Source: a virus (Duplodnaviria > Heunggongvirae > Uroviricota > Caudoviricetes). From it: 64,000 nucleotides of DNA. The position numbers and the translations under genes were made by a program. The notes below the pieces were generated by a model, which worked only from the letters and a program-made list of their open reading frames with translations, ran no database searches and was not told the origin of the DNA. The DNA is taken from the IMG/VR virus record IMGVR_UViG_3300023174_009216. One strand, given 5' to 3'. Below, one piece after another: positions 25,328-35,677 of this stretch (the stretch's first letter is position 1; each line of letters begins with the position of its first letter).

Positions 25328-27067
25328 CTATTTTATTTTTTGAGAGTCATCTATCCAAGGTTCTATCTTTTTCATAATTTCATCTTTTGCATCAATCATT
25401 GCCATCACACGTTCATAAATACCAGGACTTTCCTCATAGAGATTTCTCCAGGATGGGTCTTTATCCCATCTATTTTTAAAGTCCAGCATTCTTATAAAAT
25501 TTCTAATAGTTGCTTCTGCAACTTTTCCCATAAATTCTGAATCAGGACTAGGAAATATAGCATCAAATACTTCGATAGAAACCCTATTCATTAATCCACC
25601 AGCAATTCTTGGATTCGAATTCTCATTTCCCCTGAAAGCATCTTTAATGGCATTCATTTCTCTCTCCCCAGCATTTAATAAAATACCCTGTATAACAATT
25701 TTAAAGAATATTGATTTAATTTCATTAAAAGAATCATCACTAGTATATCGATAAGAGCTCTTAATAAAATTATTAACAGCTTGGCCTATATTACGGTTAT
25801 CCCTATAGAAATCATCAGTTACTTTCTTTAATGCGAATTCCTCCCTAAAAACCCTTTTGATCTCATCAATCATTTCCTGCGGGTATCCTAATCTCTTTAG
25901 CTGATCATAGTACTTCTCACCATTCTGTTTTATATTATCATTATTAATATCACTAGACGAATAAACACCTCCGTCTTCAGAGATTGTTACACCTATAAGA
26001 TGTAATTTATCGCTCTCAGGAACCCCAAAATTAAATATATTAAGTTGAACTCTTCCACCTGCGTATGACCAGAATCTGGTGTCATTAATACACCAGGTAC
26101 CTGCAATAGAACATAATCCTTTCTGAGCATCCTCTGATCTTATAGAAAGAGCTACATATTGACCATCCTCATATAAGATAGCAACCCCAGGTTTCAGGGA
26201 TTCTGCATCTTTCAATATTTTATTGATATTAGATCCCATGGATTCTATAAATTTTTCCCCAAATTTTATAAGGGATTTAATAGAATCATAAGAAGATACT
26301 CTACTAAGAAATCTTTTTTTGATTGTTTCCGATTCTTCAGCAGCCTCTATTTTGGTTGCTATGTTGATGATCTTTTGTTTATCTTCTGGTCCTGATTTTC
26401 TATATTCATCCTTAAGGTTAACAACTCTACCCGCCACATATAAAGGATTACGAGGATCTGAAGCTGCACTGGTTGGGAGTGCATCTACAAGCCATCTAGC
26501 ATCTCTTTCTTTACCAATCTCCCTTAATGCATCTTCGAGCATCTCAAATCCAGATCTAATCTCAGATTGTGAATTGACCTTTTCAATTTGAGATTTTATT
26601 CCCTCTATTCTATCTACATCACCTGATTTTTCAGATCTCATTAAATCAGATTCTAGTTTTTTTAAGGTCTCTGATTTTGGAAGAATCTTAGCATATTGCT
26701 CAATATTCATTGGAAGACTTCCAAGGAAAGGTGCATATGTTCCTAATTTATTTTTAAGAACCACTAGGTCAGGAAGAGAAACATCCTGATCAAAGTGAAA
26801 TCTAACAAAAGCATTTAACAATCCCTGCTGATCAGCAACTATAGAATTTTTAATTTCTAAATATTCTTTATTGGAAAGTATTGCTATTTCTTCTTCTTTT
26901 GTTACCTCCGATGGTTTCTTTTTAGAAAACTTATTTATCATGAAGGATTTAGCTGCCTGTACGTTCTCATTTAAGATTTTTAAATAATCTTGGTTTTCCC
27001 ATGAAGATCCTATTCTTTTTATATTTTCATTCAGAGAAAAACTTTTAAAATTCTTAATTCTTTTCAT
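25328..27067 (-). CDS. putative capsid-targeted (CTS-like N-terminus) large protein, paralog A
   Basis: Start set at ATG 27067 giving MKRIKNFKSFSLNE (the track begins at an upstream GTG). Long blocks shared with 27092..28888, e.g. RSGFEMLED...ARWLVDALP..AASDPRNPLYVAGRVVNLKD. Confidence 0.6.
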   Translation of the reverse strand: MKRIKNFKSFSLNENIKRIGSSWENQDYLKILNENVQAAKSFMINKFSKKKPSEVTKEEEIAILSNKEYLEIKNSIVADQQGLLNAFVRFHFDQDVSLPDLVVLKNKLGTYAPFLGSLPMNIEQYAKILPKSETLKKLESDLMRSEKSGDVDRIEGIKSQIEKVNSQSEIRSGFEMLEDALREIGKERDARWLVDALPTSAASDPRNPLYVAGRVVNLKDEYRKSGPEDKQKIINIATKIEAAEESETIKKRFLSRVSSYDSIKSLIKFGEKFIESMGSNINKILKDAESLKPGVAILYEDGQYVALSIRSEDAQKGLCSIAGTWCINDTRFWSYAGGRVQLNIFNFGVPESDKLHLIGVTISEDGGVYSSSDINNDNIKQNGEKYYDQLKRLGYPQEMIDEIKRVFREEFALKKVTDDFYRDNRNIGQAVNNFIKSSYRYTSDDSFNEIKSIFFKIVIQGILLNAGEREMNAIKDAFRGNENSNPRIAGGLMNRVSIEVFDAIFPSPDSEFMGKVAEATIRNFIRMLDFKNRWDKDPSWRNLYEESPGIYERVMAMIDAKDEIMKKIEPWIDDSQKIK

Positions 27068-27091
27068 TTTCACATTTATATTAATTTCATC

Positions 27092-28888
27092 CTACTTAGA
27101 TTTAAGGGTTTTTTTGGAAAATTTATTAGACATAAATGATGAGGAGTTTAAACTTTCTTTTATTTTGTCGCCTTCAATACTTTGATCATTACCTAGCCAT
27201 GGTTTTATCTTATCTATGATCTCATCTTTTGCTTCTATCATTGCAGATAGTTGTCCATAAAAATCTGGACTGGAATTGAACTTAGCTTTAAACCCAGGTT
27301 GAGTGTCCATTCTATCCTTAAGATTCGTCATTGCGCTAACATTTTTAAGAGTTGCTTCAGCAACCTGTTTCATAAATTCAGGCTCGGGATTAGGATATAT
27401 TGTATCAAATAATTCTATAGCAGTGGTGTTCATTATACCGCCTGCAATATTTCTTGATGGGTCTCCAGTGAAACATTTTCTAACAAGTTCCATTTCATTT
27501 TTACTCTTAAGCATGTTTAATTCTATATTTTGTTTAAGAATTTGATAGAATATAGATTTAACAGACTCAAATGCAACTTTGTTTTCGTAAATATAGGAAA
27601 CCCTAAGAAATTTATTAATAGATTCTGAGAGGCTTTTGCCATCTTTATAAAAATCATCGGTTAGTGACTTTACCTTGTGCTCTTGATCAAAGTATTTTTG
27701 AATCTCACTTATCATAATATTAGGATAGCCCATTCTAGCAAGCTGCTCGTAATACTTTTCTGAACCATTACTTATTCTGGAGTCATTAACATCATGTGAT
27801 GTTGTAACTTTTCCATCTTTAGCTATTGTTATACCTATTAAGAAAAATCTATCCGTTGGTGCCAGCTCAAAATTAAAAACAGCAAGTTGTATATTTCCTT
27901 TTGCATAACTCCAAAATGCTCCTCTATTAATACACCAGTTAGCAGCACCGCATAATTCTTTCTGAGCATCCTCTGATCTTAATGAAAGAGCTACATATTG
28001 TTCATCGCTATACATAATAGCAACCCCTGGATATAGTGCTTCAGCTTGTTTTAAAAGCTTATCAGTATTACCACCAAGTGCTTTAGAGAAAGATGATGCA
28101 GTGATAGATAGATTCTCTATAGAATCAAATGCTGATATCTTTTTTAAAAATCTCTCCTTATTTTCCTCTGCATTTTCAGATTTAGCTATTATGCTTCCTG
28201 CATTAATAATCTGATTTTTTAACTCAGGATCTGCATTTCTATATTGATCTTTAAGATTAACGACCCTACCTGCCACATATAAAGGATTACGTGGATCAGA
28301 AGCTGCATTGCTAGGAAGAGCATCTATAAGCCATCTAGCTTCTCTTTCCTTCTCGATGTATGCTAATTCATCATCTAACATTTCAAATCCTGATCTGATA
28401 TCTGTTTCTTCCTGTGCTCTAACAGATTTTATTTGATTCATTACTCCTTCTATTCTGGCTTCGTCACCAGATTCTTGCGCTTTTCTTAAAGTATTCTCTA
28501 GCTTTTTTATCTTTTCCGCTTTTGGCTCATATACAATTTTAGCATACTCGTCTATATTCTTAGGTAGACCTCCTAGAAAATTTTTATAGGTTTCTAAATT
28601 ATTCCTAAGACCTATTAAATCTTCTAAAGATTTACCTTGATCAAAATGGAATCTAACAAAAGCATTAACCCATCCTGGATATTTAGCACAGATTACATTT
28701 TTAATCTCCTGGTATTCTTTATTGGAAAGGATCTCTATCTCTTCCTCTTTTGATACAGGTGTTTTCTTAGCGAATTTTTTGAGCATGAATGCTTTAGCTG
28801 CTTGCACGTTTTCGTTTAAATTTTTTAGATAATCTTCTTTTTTTCTCTCATTAAGGAAAAAACCTTTGAAATCTTTAATTCTTTTCAT
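27092..28888 (-). CDS. putative capsid-targeted (CTS-like N-terminus) large protein, paralog B
   Basis: MKRIKDFKGFFLNE N-terminus. Tandem paralog of 25328..27067. Confidence 0.6.
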   Translation of the reverse strand: MKRIKDFKGFFLNERKKEDYLKNLNENVQAAKAFMLKKFAKKTPVSKEEEIEILSNKEYQEIKNVICAKYPGWVNAFVRFHFDQGKSLEDLIGLRNNLETYKNFLGGLPKNIDEYAKIVYEPKAEKIKKLENTLRKAQESGDEARIEGVMNQIKSVRAQEETDIRSGFEMLDDELAYIEKEREARWLIDALPSNAASDPRNPLYVAGRVVNLKDQYRNADPELKNQIINAGSIIAKSENAEENKERFLKKISAFDSIENLSITASSFSKALGGNTDKLLKQAEALYPGVAIMYSDEQYVALSLRSEDAQKELCGAANWCINRGAFWSYAKGNIQLAVFNFELAPTDRFFLIGITIAKDGKVTTSHDVNDSRISNGSEKYYEQLARMGYPNIMISEIQKYFDQEHKVKSLTDDFYKDGKSLSESINKFLRVSYIYENKVAFESVKSIFYQILKQNIELNMLKSKNEMELVRKCFTGDPSRNIAGGIMNTTAIELFDTIYPNPEPEFMKQVAEATLKNVSAMTNLKDRMDTQPGFKAKFNSSPDFYGQLSAMIEAKDEIIDKIKPWLGNDQSIEGDKIKESLNSSSFMSNKFSKKTLKSK

Positions 28889-29039
28889 TCTTAAATTTTA
28901 ATTCTTTTTGCAGATGCCTGCTAAAACTATAAGTTATATATCCAAGCAAAAAAGATAAAACAATTAAAGCTTAAGATACAATATGCTTTTAGCTTATTCA
29001 AAAGAATCATCGGGATTTTTCGGATTAGAAATGAGATTT

Positions 29040-29170
29040 TTAAATTGTTGTACAGGAGGTAGGGCTTGCACCTACATGGTTCGGTTACCCTATACCGGCC
29101 CCTTGACAGGGCTACGTCTTTCTATTGTCTGGTGTCGACCCCAGTCTCTTTCGCCACTCCTGTATGTTTA
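29040..29170. ncRNA. GC-rich island in an intergenic gap, candidate structured RNA
   Basis: About 55% GC over 130 nt versus about 30% for the surroundings. No credible ORF. Hairpins GTAGG-GCTTGCA-CCTAC and GCCCC-TTGAC-AGGGC. Confidence 0.3.
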
Positions 29171-29313
29171 GGAAAGCAGAAGATGGGTGAGTGGACAACT
29201 GCTTTTATGATTGGCATTACTGTGTATTTCAAGGATTATCTCCTATTACCCCTCCGATTAATAACTGTTTCTAATGTTACCACCATTATTAATCTATTCC
29301 CCAATCAACCTTT

Positions 29314-29661
29314 TTATTCATCTGTGATCCCATAAAAATCTTTATAGGTACCACTATTATTTTCCACCGCAGCCATAAAGTCTCCCCATGACCTAACAGT
29401 AAAAGACATTGAAAACTTATCGTCAAAAAGAAAGAAATAGACCTCACAAAATCTAATGGATCTAAAATCTTCTTCCATCTCATCACGAAAAACATATACA
29501 AGCTCTTTGATAGATTCAAGTCTTTCATGTAGATCTTTATCAAATCCAGTAAGATAATAATTCCAGGTCATTTGCCCCTTAAATCCACCATAAACTATCT
29601 TACGGTCTTTGTAGAAATCTTCCTTAAGATATTCTTTTCTTTTTACAAGATCTACATTCAT
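29314..29661 (-). CDS. hypothetical protein
   Basis: 115 aa ORF. Confidence 0.45.
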   Translation of the reverse strand: MNVDLVKRKEYLKEDFYKDRKIVYGGFKGQMTWNYYLTGFDKDLHERLESIKELVYVFRDEMEEDFRSIRFCEVYFFLFDDKFSMSFTVRSWGDFMAAVENNSGTYKDFYGITDE

Positions 29662-29663
29662 TT

Positions 29664-30365
29664 TTACCTAATTAATTTAAGACCTTTTGCTCTGTTTTCC
29701 AATTCGTAACTTTCCAGATCCTTTAGGAGATCAAAGATTTCAGTTAGGGAATAGGGTCTGAATTCAGGATGCCCGCACATCCCTACATCCATTCTTTTAC
29801 CATTTCCAAATCTTTGATCTCCCTTAAGATGCTGGTGTCCATGTAACATATATGAGCCTTTGCGCATATTGTTCCAAGATACTATTGGGTAATGACAAAG
29901 AATTAACTTCGATGTCGATGTTTTTTCTTTGCTGTTGCTATCTTTAATTGTCACTTCAAGATATGAATTAACAGAGGAAAAATATCTTCTAATACCATCT
30001 TTATTAGATTCTATATGATGATCGTGGTTTCCCGTGATAAGATGTATATTTTTACAATTAATTCTGTATCTAAATTCTGTGATATTCTCTATTCCCCCGA
30101 AACTCCAATCCCCCATATGAAAAAGTATATCATTCTCTTTAACATGCAGATTAATATTATTGATCATGGCCTCATTCATGTCCTCAATAGTATCGAAATC
30201 TCTAACAGCATCTAAAGGTATAAAGAGATTACCCTCACTATCTTTTGCTCTCCAGTGTGTTGTTCCCCTACAAATTCCACCATGTGAGTAATGCGTATCT
30301 GATGTAAGCCATATGCTTACTCCATCTTTTTTAAAATCTTCGTTTATTTCTATTTTTAAATTCAT
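29664..30365 (-). CDS. metallophosphoesterase
   Basis: Motifs DTHYSHGG, GDWSFGG, GNHDHH, LHGHQH. Confidence 0.65.
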   Translation of the reverse strand: MNLKIEINEDFKKDGVSIWLTSDTHYSHGGICRGTTHWRAKDSEGNLFIPLDAVRDFDTIEDMNEAMINNINLHVKENDILFHMGDWSFGGIENITEFRYRINCKNIHLITGNHDHHIESNKDGIRRYFSSVNSYLEVTIKDSNSKEKTSTSKLILCHYPIVSWNNMRKGSYMLHGHQHLKGDQRFGNGKRMDVGMCGHPEFRPYSLTEIFDLLKDLESYELENRAKGLKLIR

Positions 30366-30481
30366 CTATTTCTTGTGTGTAAATATAAGACTCAATAACG
30401 GATTAAAAAAATGCTACAACACATTTAATATCCACTATTTATACATTTGAGTGAATAAATGTTTCTTCCAAATATTAAAAA

Positions 30482-32413
30482 TTAGACAGCAGTGCAATCA
30501 AAAAACACACTGCCATTTGTTAAAGCCTGTATCTGATATCTTCCTGCTGGGCTAGATGTCCAGGTGAAAGATGCTGTTGTTCCTATAGTATTGTTTAAAT
30601 ATATTACAATTCCTGTATTAAGATCACATATCTGAACCATGAATGCCGTTTTTACGCCGCTAGTTCTACTTATATTAAAAGTGTATGAATTAGAGGTACT
30701 TGATATGCTAGGCACATTTATATTGGAAGAACCCAATGCCCATGATGCCAGTGTGCCAGTTGTGGCTGTAAGCGATGCCGTTCCCACAATTGCCGCCCCA
30801 ATGTATTGGAAACTTATAATTGTAGGAGAGCATCCTAGTGGTGTGCTAACTATTGTTTGGCAAAGGCCAGTAGCGGGATTATAGGAGTAATTAGTAGGAC
30901 ATGTAAAATTTGTACAGTAAGGAGATGCAGCATTAACACCCCCTGTTCTATATGTGCTAGTACTAAATAGTATACTTAGACCAGCGTTTGAAGTTGCCGC
31001 AGATAATTGTGCTAAGGTGTTATCATAAATTTCCGCACCAAATGCACCATCAGATCCTACATTATTATTTGAAAGAGTTAATATATTACTACCCGCTTGG
31101 AGATAAACAGGATAAATATGCCAATATTGAAAATTTTGGCCTAATCCAGAATTAGCAGTCTGGGAGACTATAGTTTGATTGATACCTGGACCATTAATGG
31201 CTATGGATATACCATTATCTCCTGCTGTTCCAACATAATATATTTTACTCGTAGGCACATTAACAACAGCGCAGAGCGAAAGTATACCTACATATTGGGG
31301 GTTGGCTGGATTCCATATCCCACTCGTAACTCCTAGTTTGCTAGCCCAATATGTTCTTACTGCTGCATTAGGAAAACTGGCATCACCAAGTACAGCATAA
31401 GATCCAGAGGGTGTAGGATTACCTATAGAGTCATATCCATTTATATTATAGATTAAAAATCCAAGTGACCCATATGCACCGTTATTAGGAGAGCTCCCAG
31501 TAAAAATAGTTTGTCCTGATCCTGTTGGAGCTTGTGTTAAGGTTTGAACGCATAATGTGTTATCTGGATTAGGTACAGCTGGAGCGGTACAAGTAGATCC
31601 GATACAAAAAACTGCATATATTCTGTTGTATGCTGTTAGCTGTGTGTCAGTATAATTTATTTGTAGGGGATTGGATGTGCTATATACAGATCCTTGAGAT
31701 GATTCAAGCACCCATTGGGAAAAAGCAAATCCGGAAGAAGGGATAGCTTCAATCTGCTTAGATGCGATACTACTTGGTATGTACAGTGGCTTAAGTGATG
31801 TTGCTGGACCTATATTATAGGGATATGTCATTTTTACCGTTCCCCCTGTTGTGGCATACACATCAAACTTGTAAAAAAATTGTCCCGTTGATCCCCCGTA
31901 TTGGCTTGTCTGATACCAGGAGAATGGTGAATATTTTTTGGTATCAACTGCAAGCATCGATATAGGGGCAGATATAGGATCAAGTTGTACTGTAGGACAT
32001 GCAGTAAAAGCTGTATTAGATCCTATTAAAATCTGTAATCTATATGTTTTTCTTGCAGCAAATGTTATTGGAATATCAGATGCAGTAATGTTTATTCCAG
32101 AAGACACTGTACCTCCTGTGCTAGAATCACATAGATTATATGCAAGGATTCCAGTAGTACCTGTTCTTGTTAATGAAATAGAATATGTTCCTGCAATAAG
32201 ATAAAATGAATCAGTGATTGAAGAACTAAGTGGCACATAAGCAGATGGGTTAGACTGGTCAGAAGCTGTGCTAATCACCAATGTTCCTGTAGCTGCAGCA
32301 ACAAATATAACCTCCAGATTAAGTGTAAATTTACTAGGGTCATTTAATGCCCATGGATAAAAATCTGTAAACTTTATCCCTGTATTAGATCCTGGTACTA
32401 GATATTTAGGCAT
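30482..32413 (-). CDS. fibre/structural protein, Ser/Thr/Gly-rich
   Basis: 643 aa. MPKYLVPGS N-terminus shared with the next ORF. Low-complexity S/T/G/Y composition with conserved Cys. Confidence 0.55.
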   Translation of the reverse strand: MPKYLVPGSNTGIKFTDFYPWALNDPSKFTLNLEVIFVAAATGTLVISTASDQSNPSAYVPLSSSITDSFYLIAGTYSISLTRTGTTGILAYNLCDSSTGGTVSSGINITASDIPITFAARKTYRLQILIGSNTAFTACPTVQLDPISAPISMLAVDTKKYSPFSWYQTSQYGGSTGQFFYKFDVYATTGGTVKMTYPYNIGPATSLKPLYIPSSIASKQIEAIPSSGFAFSQWVLESSQGSVYSTSNPLQINYTDTQLTAYNRIYAVFCIGSTCTAPAVPNPDNTLCVQTLTQAPTGSGQTIFTGSSPNNGAYGSLGFLIYNINGYDSIGNPTPSGSYAVLGDASFPNAAVRTYWASKLGVTSGIWNPANPQYVGILSLCAVVNVPTSKIYYVGTAGDNGISIAINGPGINQTIVSQTANSGLGQNFQYWHIYPVYLQAGSNILTLSNNNVGSDGAFGAEIYDNTLAQLSAATSNAGLSILFSTSTYRTGGVNAASPYCTNFTCPTNYSYNPATGLCQTIVSTPLGCSPTIISFQYIGAAIVGTASLTATTGTLASWALGSSNINVPSISSTSNSYTFNISRTSGVKTAFMVQICDLNTGIVIYLNNTIGTTASFTWTSSPAGRYQIQALTNGSVFFDCTAV

Positions 32414-32435
32414 ACTCTCTTATATATAAAAATTT

Positions 32436-35285
32436 TTAAACACCGCATATTGGTATATTAGCCCCAGCTGGACCTAATCCTAATGAATACCCAGGTCCTA
32501 CAGTTGCATTGAAAGGTACAGATACCTCCCCTGTCAAATTGGGATTACCACTAATCTGAGTTGATGCGTTAATATCACAAAACTGATAAGTTAAACTACC
32601 ATCAATTGATGAAACATGGGTTATTTTTAAAGTATACTGGCCTGGTATTAAATAATACTCTCTTGTTAAATAGAGTCCATCCTCTAGATTCTCAAGAATT
32701 TTCCATTCCCCTGTATCTGTGTTTGTCAGAAGTACCCTGCAATAAAAATTTACTGTTGCTGTAGTCCTAAAAAATATAGTGAATGGTATAGATCCCTCAG
32801 TGTCTTTTACGCATCTAACGGCAGCACCCGCTGTGGGATTAATTATTACCCCCTTGGATAATGTAGTTGTATTATAAGCAAGCGAGTATCCTGTCCAGCC
32901 TATATTAGGAGTGAGATCCACTGGCCAATAAGTACTAGTCCAGTATAGTGCATTTGTTCCTATATTTGAAAATGCCCCTGCTGCAGATATACCTCCGCTG
33001 GGTATAGAATCGAATCCATAAGCATCAGTGGCTCCTGTATTTGGTGTGGTCCAATGTGTGGTACCAATTTCTTTTAATTTGTATCCGTTTGAACTACCCC
33101 CTATATAGGTTGAGAGTTTTTGCCATTCATAATCTGATGGTATATGCCATCCAAGTGGGGCCAATCCCCTAGGATCAGTTATAGCATAGTTGTTATATAG
33201 CTTTCCATAGACTGTTCCATATGAAGCATAATTAAATCCATACCAGCACCAAGCTCCTGTTGTTGCAGCTGCCCATGCTGTTGCATTTGTTATCTGGAGT
33301 ATACTATCTCCGTTTCTATACTGTGTTACATCCAGATTTGTTGCCATCCATGTTTGTGTTCCTATTGTAGATACGGGCATAACATATCTCACACTCATCC
33401 CAGCATTCTTACCACCTACGTTTCCTGGGTATTGCTTGGATATCTGTCCACAGGGGGGATCTGCAGCGTGCGATAGTTTCCATCCTGTATTAAAAGATCC
33501 AGCACGTGAATCTGTAAGGACTGGTGTTACTGTAAGGCTGGATCCCCCTGTGCTATATGCAGCAACAGTTCCTGTAACTTGTCTATAGAAAGACACAGAT
33601 ACAGTATCTCCAGGGGCTACCCCTGATATTACCCCATTTATTGTTAATGTCAGATTGGATCCTAAAGTGGGAGGAAATGTAATAGCTGTTGTAGAAGATC
33701 CTGTATATGATGGTCCTATAGATACAGACCAGGGGAGGGATCTAGCCCCCGATATATTTGAAGCATTGGTGTATGAATTAATAGTAAATGTAAAAGCATT
33801 AGTTATGGAAGAAACAAGTGTTCCTGTAAGTGAAAAATCTGCTATAATGTTTATGTTTTGTCCAACTTGCCACGACTGACCTGCAGCTGAAGTGAAGGAA
33901 AAATTAACACCAGACGTCACAGGGAAAGTTACTGTTGTATTTAATTCATAAAAAAATCCAGGTGGTAACGGCCAGTATGGTTCAGTGTGTCCAGTCGCCC
34001 TATAGAATTTAACAGTTCCTGATGTTGGAGGGGTTGTCACTACAGTTCGGGGACTTACCCCTGTACCGTCGCTTAAAGTGACCCATGGCCCAGAAACTGA
34101 TGTTGATGTTTCTATAGTTACCCTATTAAGATTGCTAGGACTGAAAGTCCAGCTAAACGACAATGATGTTGAGTTATTTGGAGAAACCGTAAATGAATTA
34201 AGAGATCCATTTGTGCAACCTCCTAGATTATCAGTAGGGGTTATTCTTTGGGAATAAACAGAGGATCCAAGAGAATCTATAGTTTTAAAAAGTGCTTGTG
34301 TTGGATCTGTGGGATCTTCTGTGGAGCTCCACCAATATCCACTAACTGTGGAATCCAAATAAGATCCCTCCGAAGTTCTATATCCACCTCCCCTAGCATT
34401 AAAACCACTAGAATTATCCGCTCCTGTATTATTTACGTTCCATAAAATCTGAGTTACATCTTCCTTCATTCTATTTCCTGCAGATGAAGTTCCGCCCAGA
34501 CAATTAATTAAAACATCCCAGTCGCTAGATAATGCTGGTGGATCCGCTGCTGTCGGTATCCGGCATCCAACAGGTGCCAATCCCCTAACATCATTTACAG
34601 CGGACCAATTATATAATGCACCAAATAGTTTTGTTTGTTTTAGAGTATTACCATAGTATGTATATGAACCTGTAGTTGCTGCTTGCCATGATGATGCAAG
34701 GGTCACTAATGGAATTGATGTATAATCCCTGTATGTGTTAGTTCTTAAATTTTCTAAAGACCAAGCATATGTGCAAGGTCTATATGTAGATATGGATGGT
34801 AAAGAATCAGGAACAAATACCGCATATAAAATAGATGAGTCTGTTACAGAATTAGCATAATTCACACTCGTGTTTGCATTACTAGAATACGATAAACCGT
34901 CTGGTGTTTGTATTGCCCAGTGATCAAATACATATCCTAAAGTAGCAGTGGCAGTGATTGAAAATGATGAGAAAAGACCGCTAGGAAACCACAGTGGTGT
35001 AAAATCAGTTGCAGTTGCAGCTATAGAGTATGGAAAAGTCATGGATACAGTTCCTTCACCAATAACTGCAATTTTTAATCTATAAAAATATTGGCCAGGA
35101 GCAGTTGTTGATCCATATAGACCTAATCCATACCAGTTCGTAGAGACCCCTGAATATTTTTGTGTGTTAACAAAGTTCATGGAAACATTAACCTGGGGCT
35201 GTCCCTCATAAGCCCATGCAGACAATTCTGAGAACTTAGTTCCTCCCGCTCCTGATAATGCTTGTGTTACTAGGTATTTAGGCAT
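32436..35285 (-). CDS. large fibre protein with two Fibrobacter succinogenes major paralogous (FISUMP)-like domains
   Basis: 949 aa. MPKYLVTQ N-terminus. Segments GALYNWSAVNDVRGLAPVGCRIPTAADPPALS and GKLYNNYAITDPRGLAPLGWHIPSDYEWQKL match the FISUMP motif. Confidence 0.55.
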   Translation of the reverse strand: MPKYLVTQALSGAGGTKFSELSAWAYEGQPQVNVSMNFVNTQKYSGVSTNWYGLGLYGSTTAPGQYFYRLKIAVIGEGTVSMTFPYSIAATATDFTPLWFPSGLFSSFSITATATLGYVFDHWAIQTPDGLSYSSNANTSVNYANSVTDSSILYAVFVPDSLPSISTYRPCTYAWSLENLRTNTYRDYTSIPLVTLASSWQAATTGSYTYYGNTLKQTKLFGALYNWSAVNDVRGLAPVGCRIPTAADPPALSSDWDVLINCLGGTSSAGNRMKEDVTQILWNVNNTGADNSSGFNARGGGYRTSEGSYLDSTVSGYWWSSTEDPTDPTQALFKTIDSLGSSVYSQRITPTDNLGGCTNGSLNSFTVSPNNSTSLSFSWTFSPSNLNRVTIETSTSVSGPWVTLSDGTGVSPRTVVTTPPTSGTVKFYRATGHTEPYWPLPPGFFYELNTTVTFPVTSGVNFSFTSAAGQSWQVGQNINIIADFSLTGTLVSSITNAFTFTINSYTNASNISGARSLPWSVSIGPSYTGSSTTAITFPPTLGSNLTLTINGVISGVAPGDTVSVSFYRQVTGTVAAYSTGGSSLTVTPVLTDSRAGSFNTGWKLSHAADPPCGQISKQYPGNVGGKNAGMSVRYVMPVSTIGTQTWMATNLDVTQYRNGDSILQITNATAWAAATTGAWCWYGFNYASYGTVYGKLYNNYAITDPRGLAPLGWHIPSDYEWQKLSTYIGGSSNGYKLKEIGTTHWTTPNTGATDAYGFDSIPSGGISAAGAFSNIGTNALYWTSTYWPVDLTPNIGWTGYSLAYNTTTLSKGVIINPTAGAAVRCVKDTEGSIPFTIFFRTTATVNFYCRVLLTNTDTGEWKILENLEDGLYLTREYYLIPGQYTLKITHVSSIDGSLTYQFCDINASTQISGNPNLTGEVSVPFNATVGPGYSLGLGPAGANIPICGV

Positions 35286-35657
35286 TTATATCTCATCCGT
35301 TATATTATTCAAACCAAATATCTCAGAAAATCTCTCTCTAACTAATGAATATGAATATCCATAAAGATCTTCAAAATTGGTTTGTCTATCTATCACAGAT
35401 TCTATAATAACTGGATAATTCATAACTGCACCATTATAAATTATTTCCACCCCGATAACCCCTGAAAATTGTGACCCTATAAGATCATCATAAATTGGGA
35501 AACTTAGTTTAGCATCATCCCACGAGGGATAAGCAGCCACGACTATAGTGATAGAATTAGATCTCCTATCAAAAATAAGATTCTCTATCCGGACATAAAA
35601 TTCATGTAATGATCCTTGATTTGTTGTGCCTATTGGCTGAGATATTTTTAAACCCAT
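35286..35657 (-). CDS. hypothetical protein
   Basis: 123 aa ORF. Confidence 0.45.
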   Translation of the reverse strand: MGLKISQPIGTTNQGSLHEFYVRIENLIFDRRSNSITIVVAAYPSWDDAKLSFPIYDDLIGSQFSGVIGVEIIYNGAVMNYPVIIESVIDRQTNFEDLYGYSYSLVRERFSEIFGLNNITDEI

Positions 35658-35677
35658 GATTTATATATCAAACTAAA

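Noticed and set aside
28983-29335. Short plus-strand ORFs 28983..29171 and 29066..29335 in the GC-rich intergenic island
   Set aside because: No start-region motif, odd Cys/Leu/Pro composition, and they span a region with strong RNA secondary structure. Treated as non-coding and as a candidate ncRNA.
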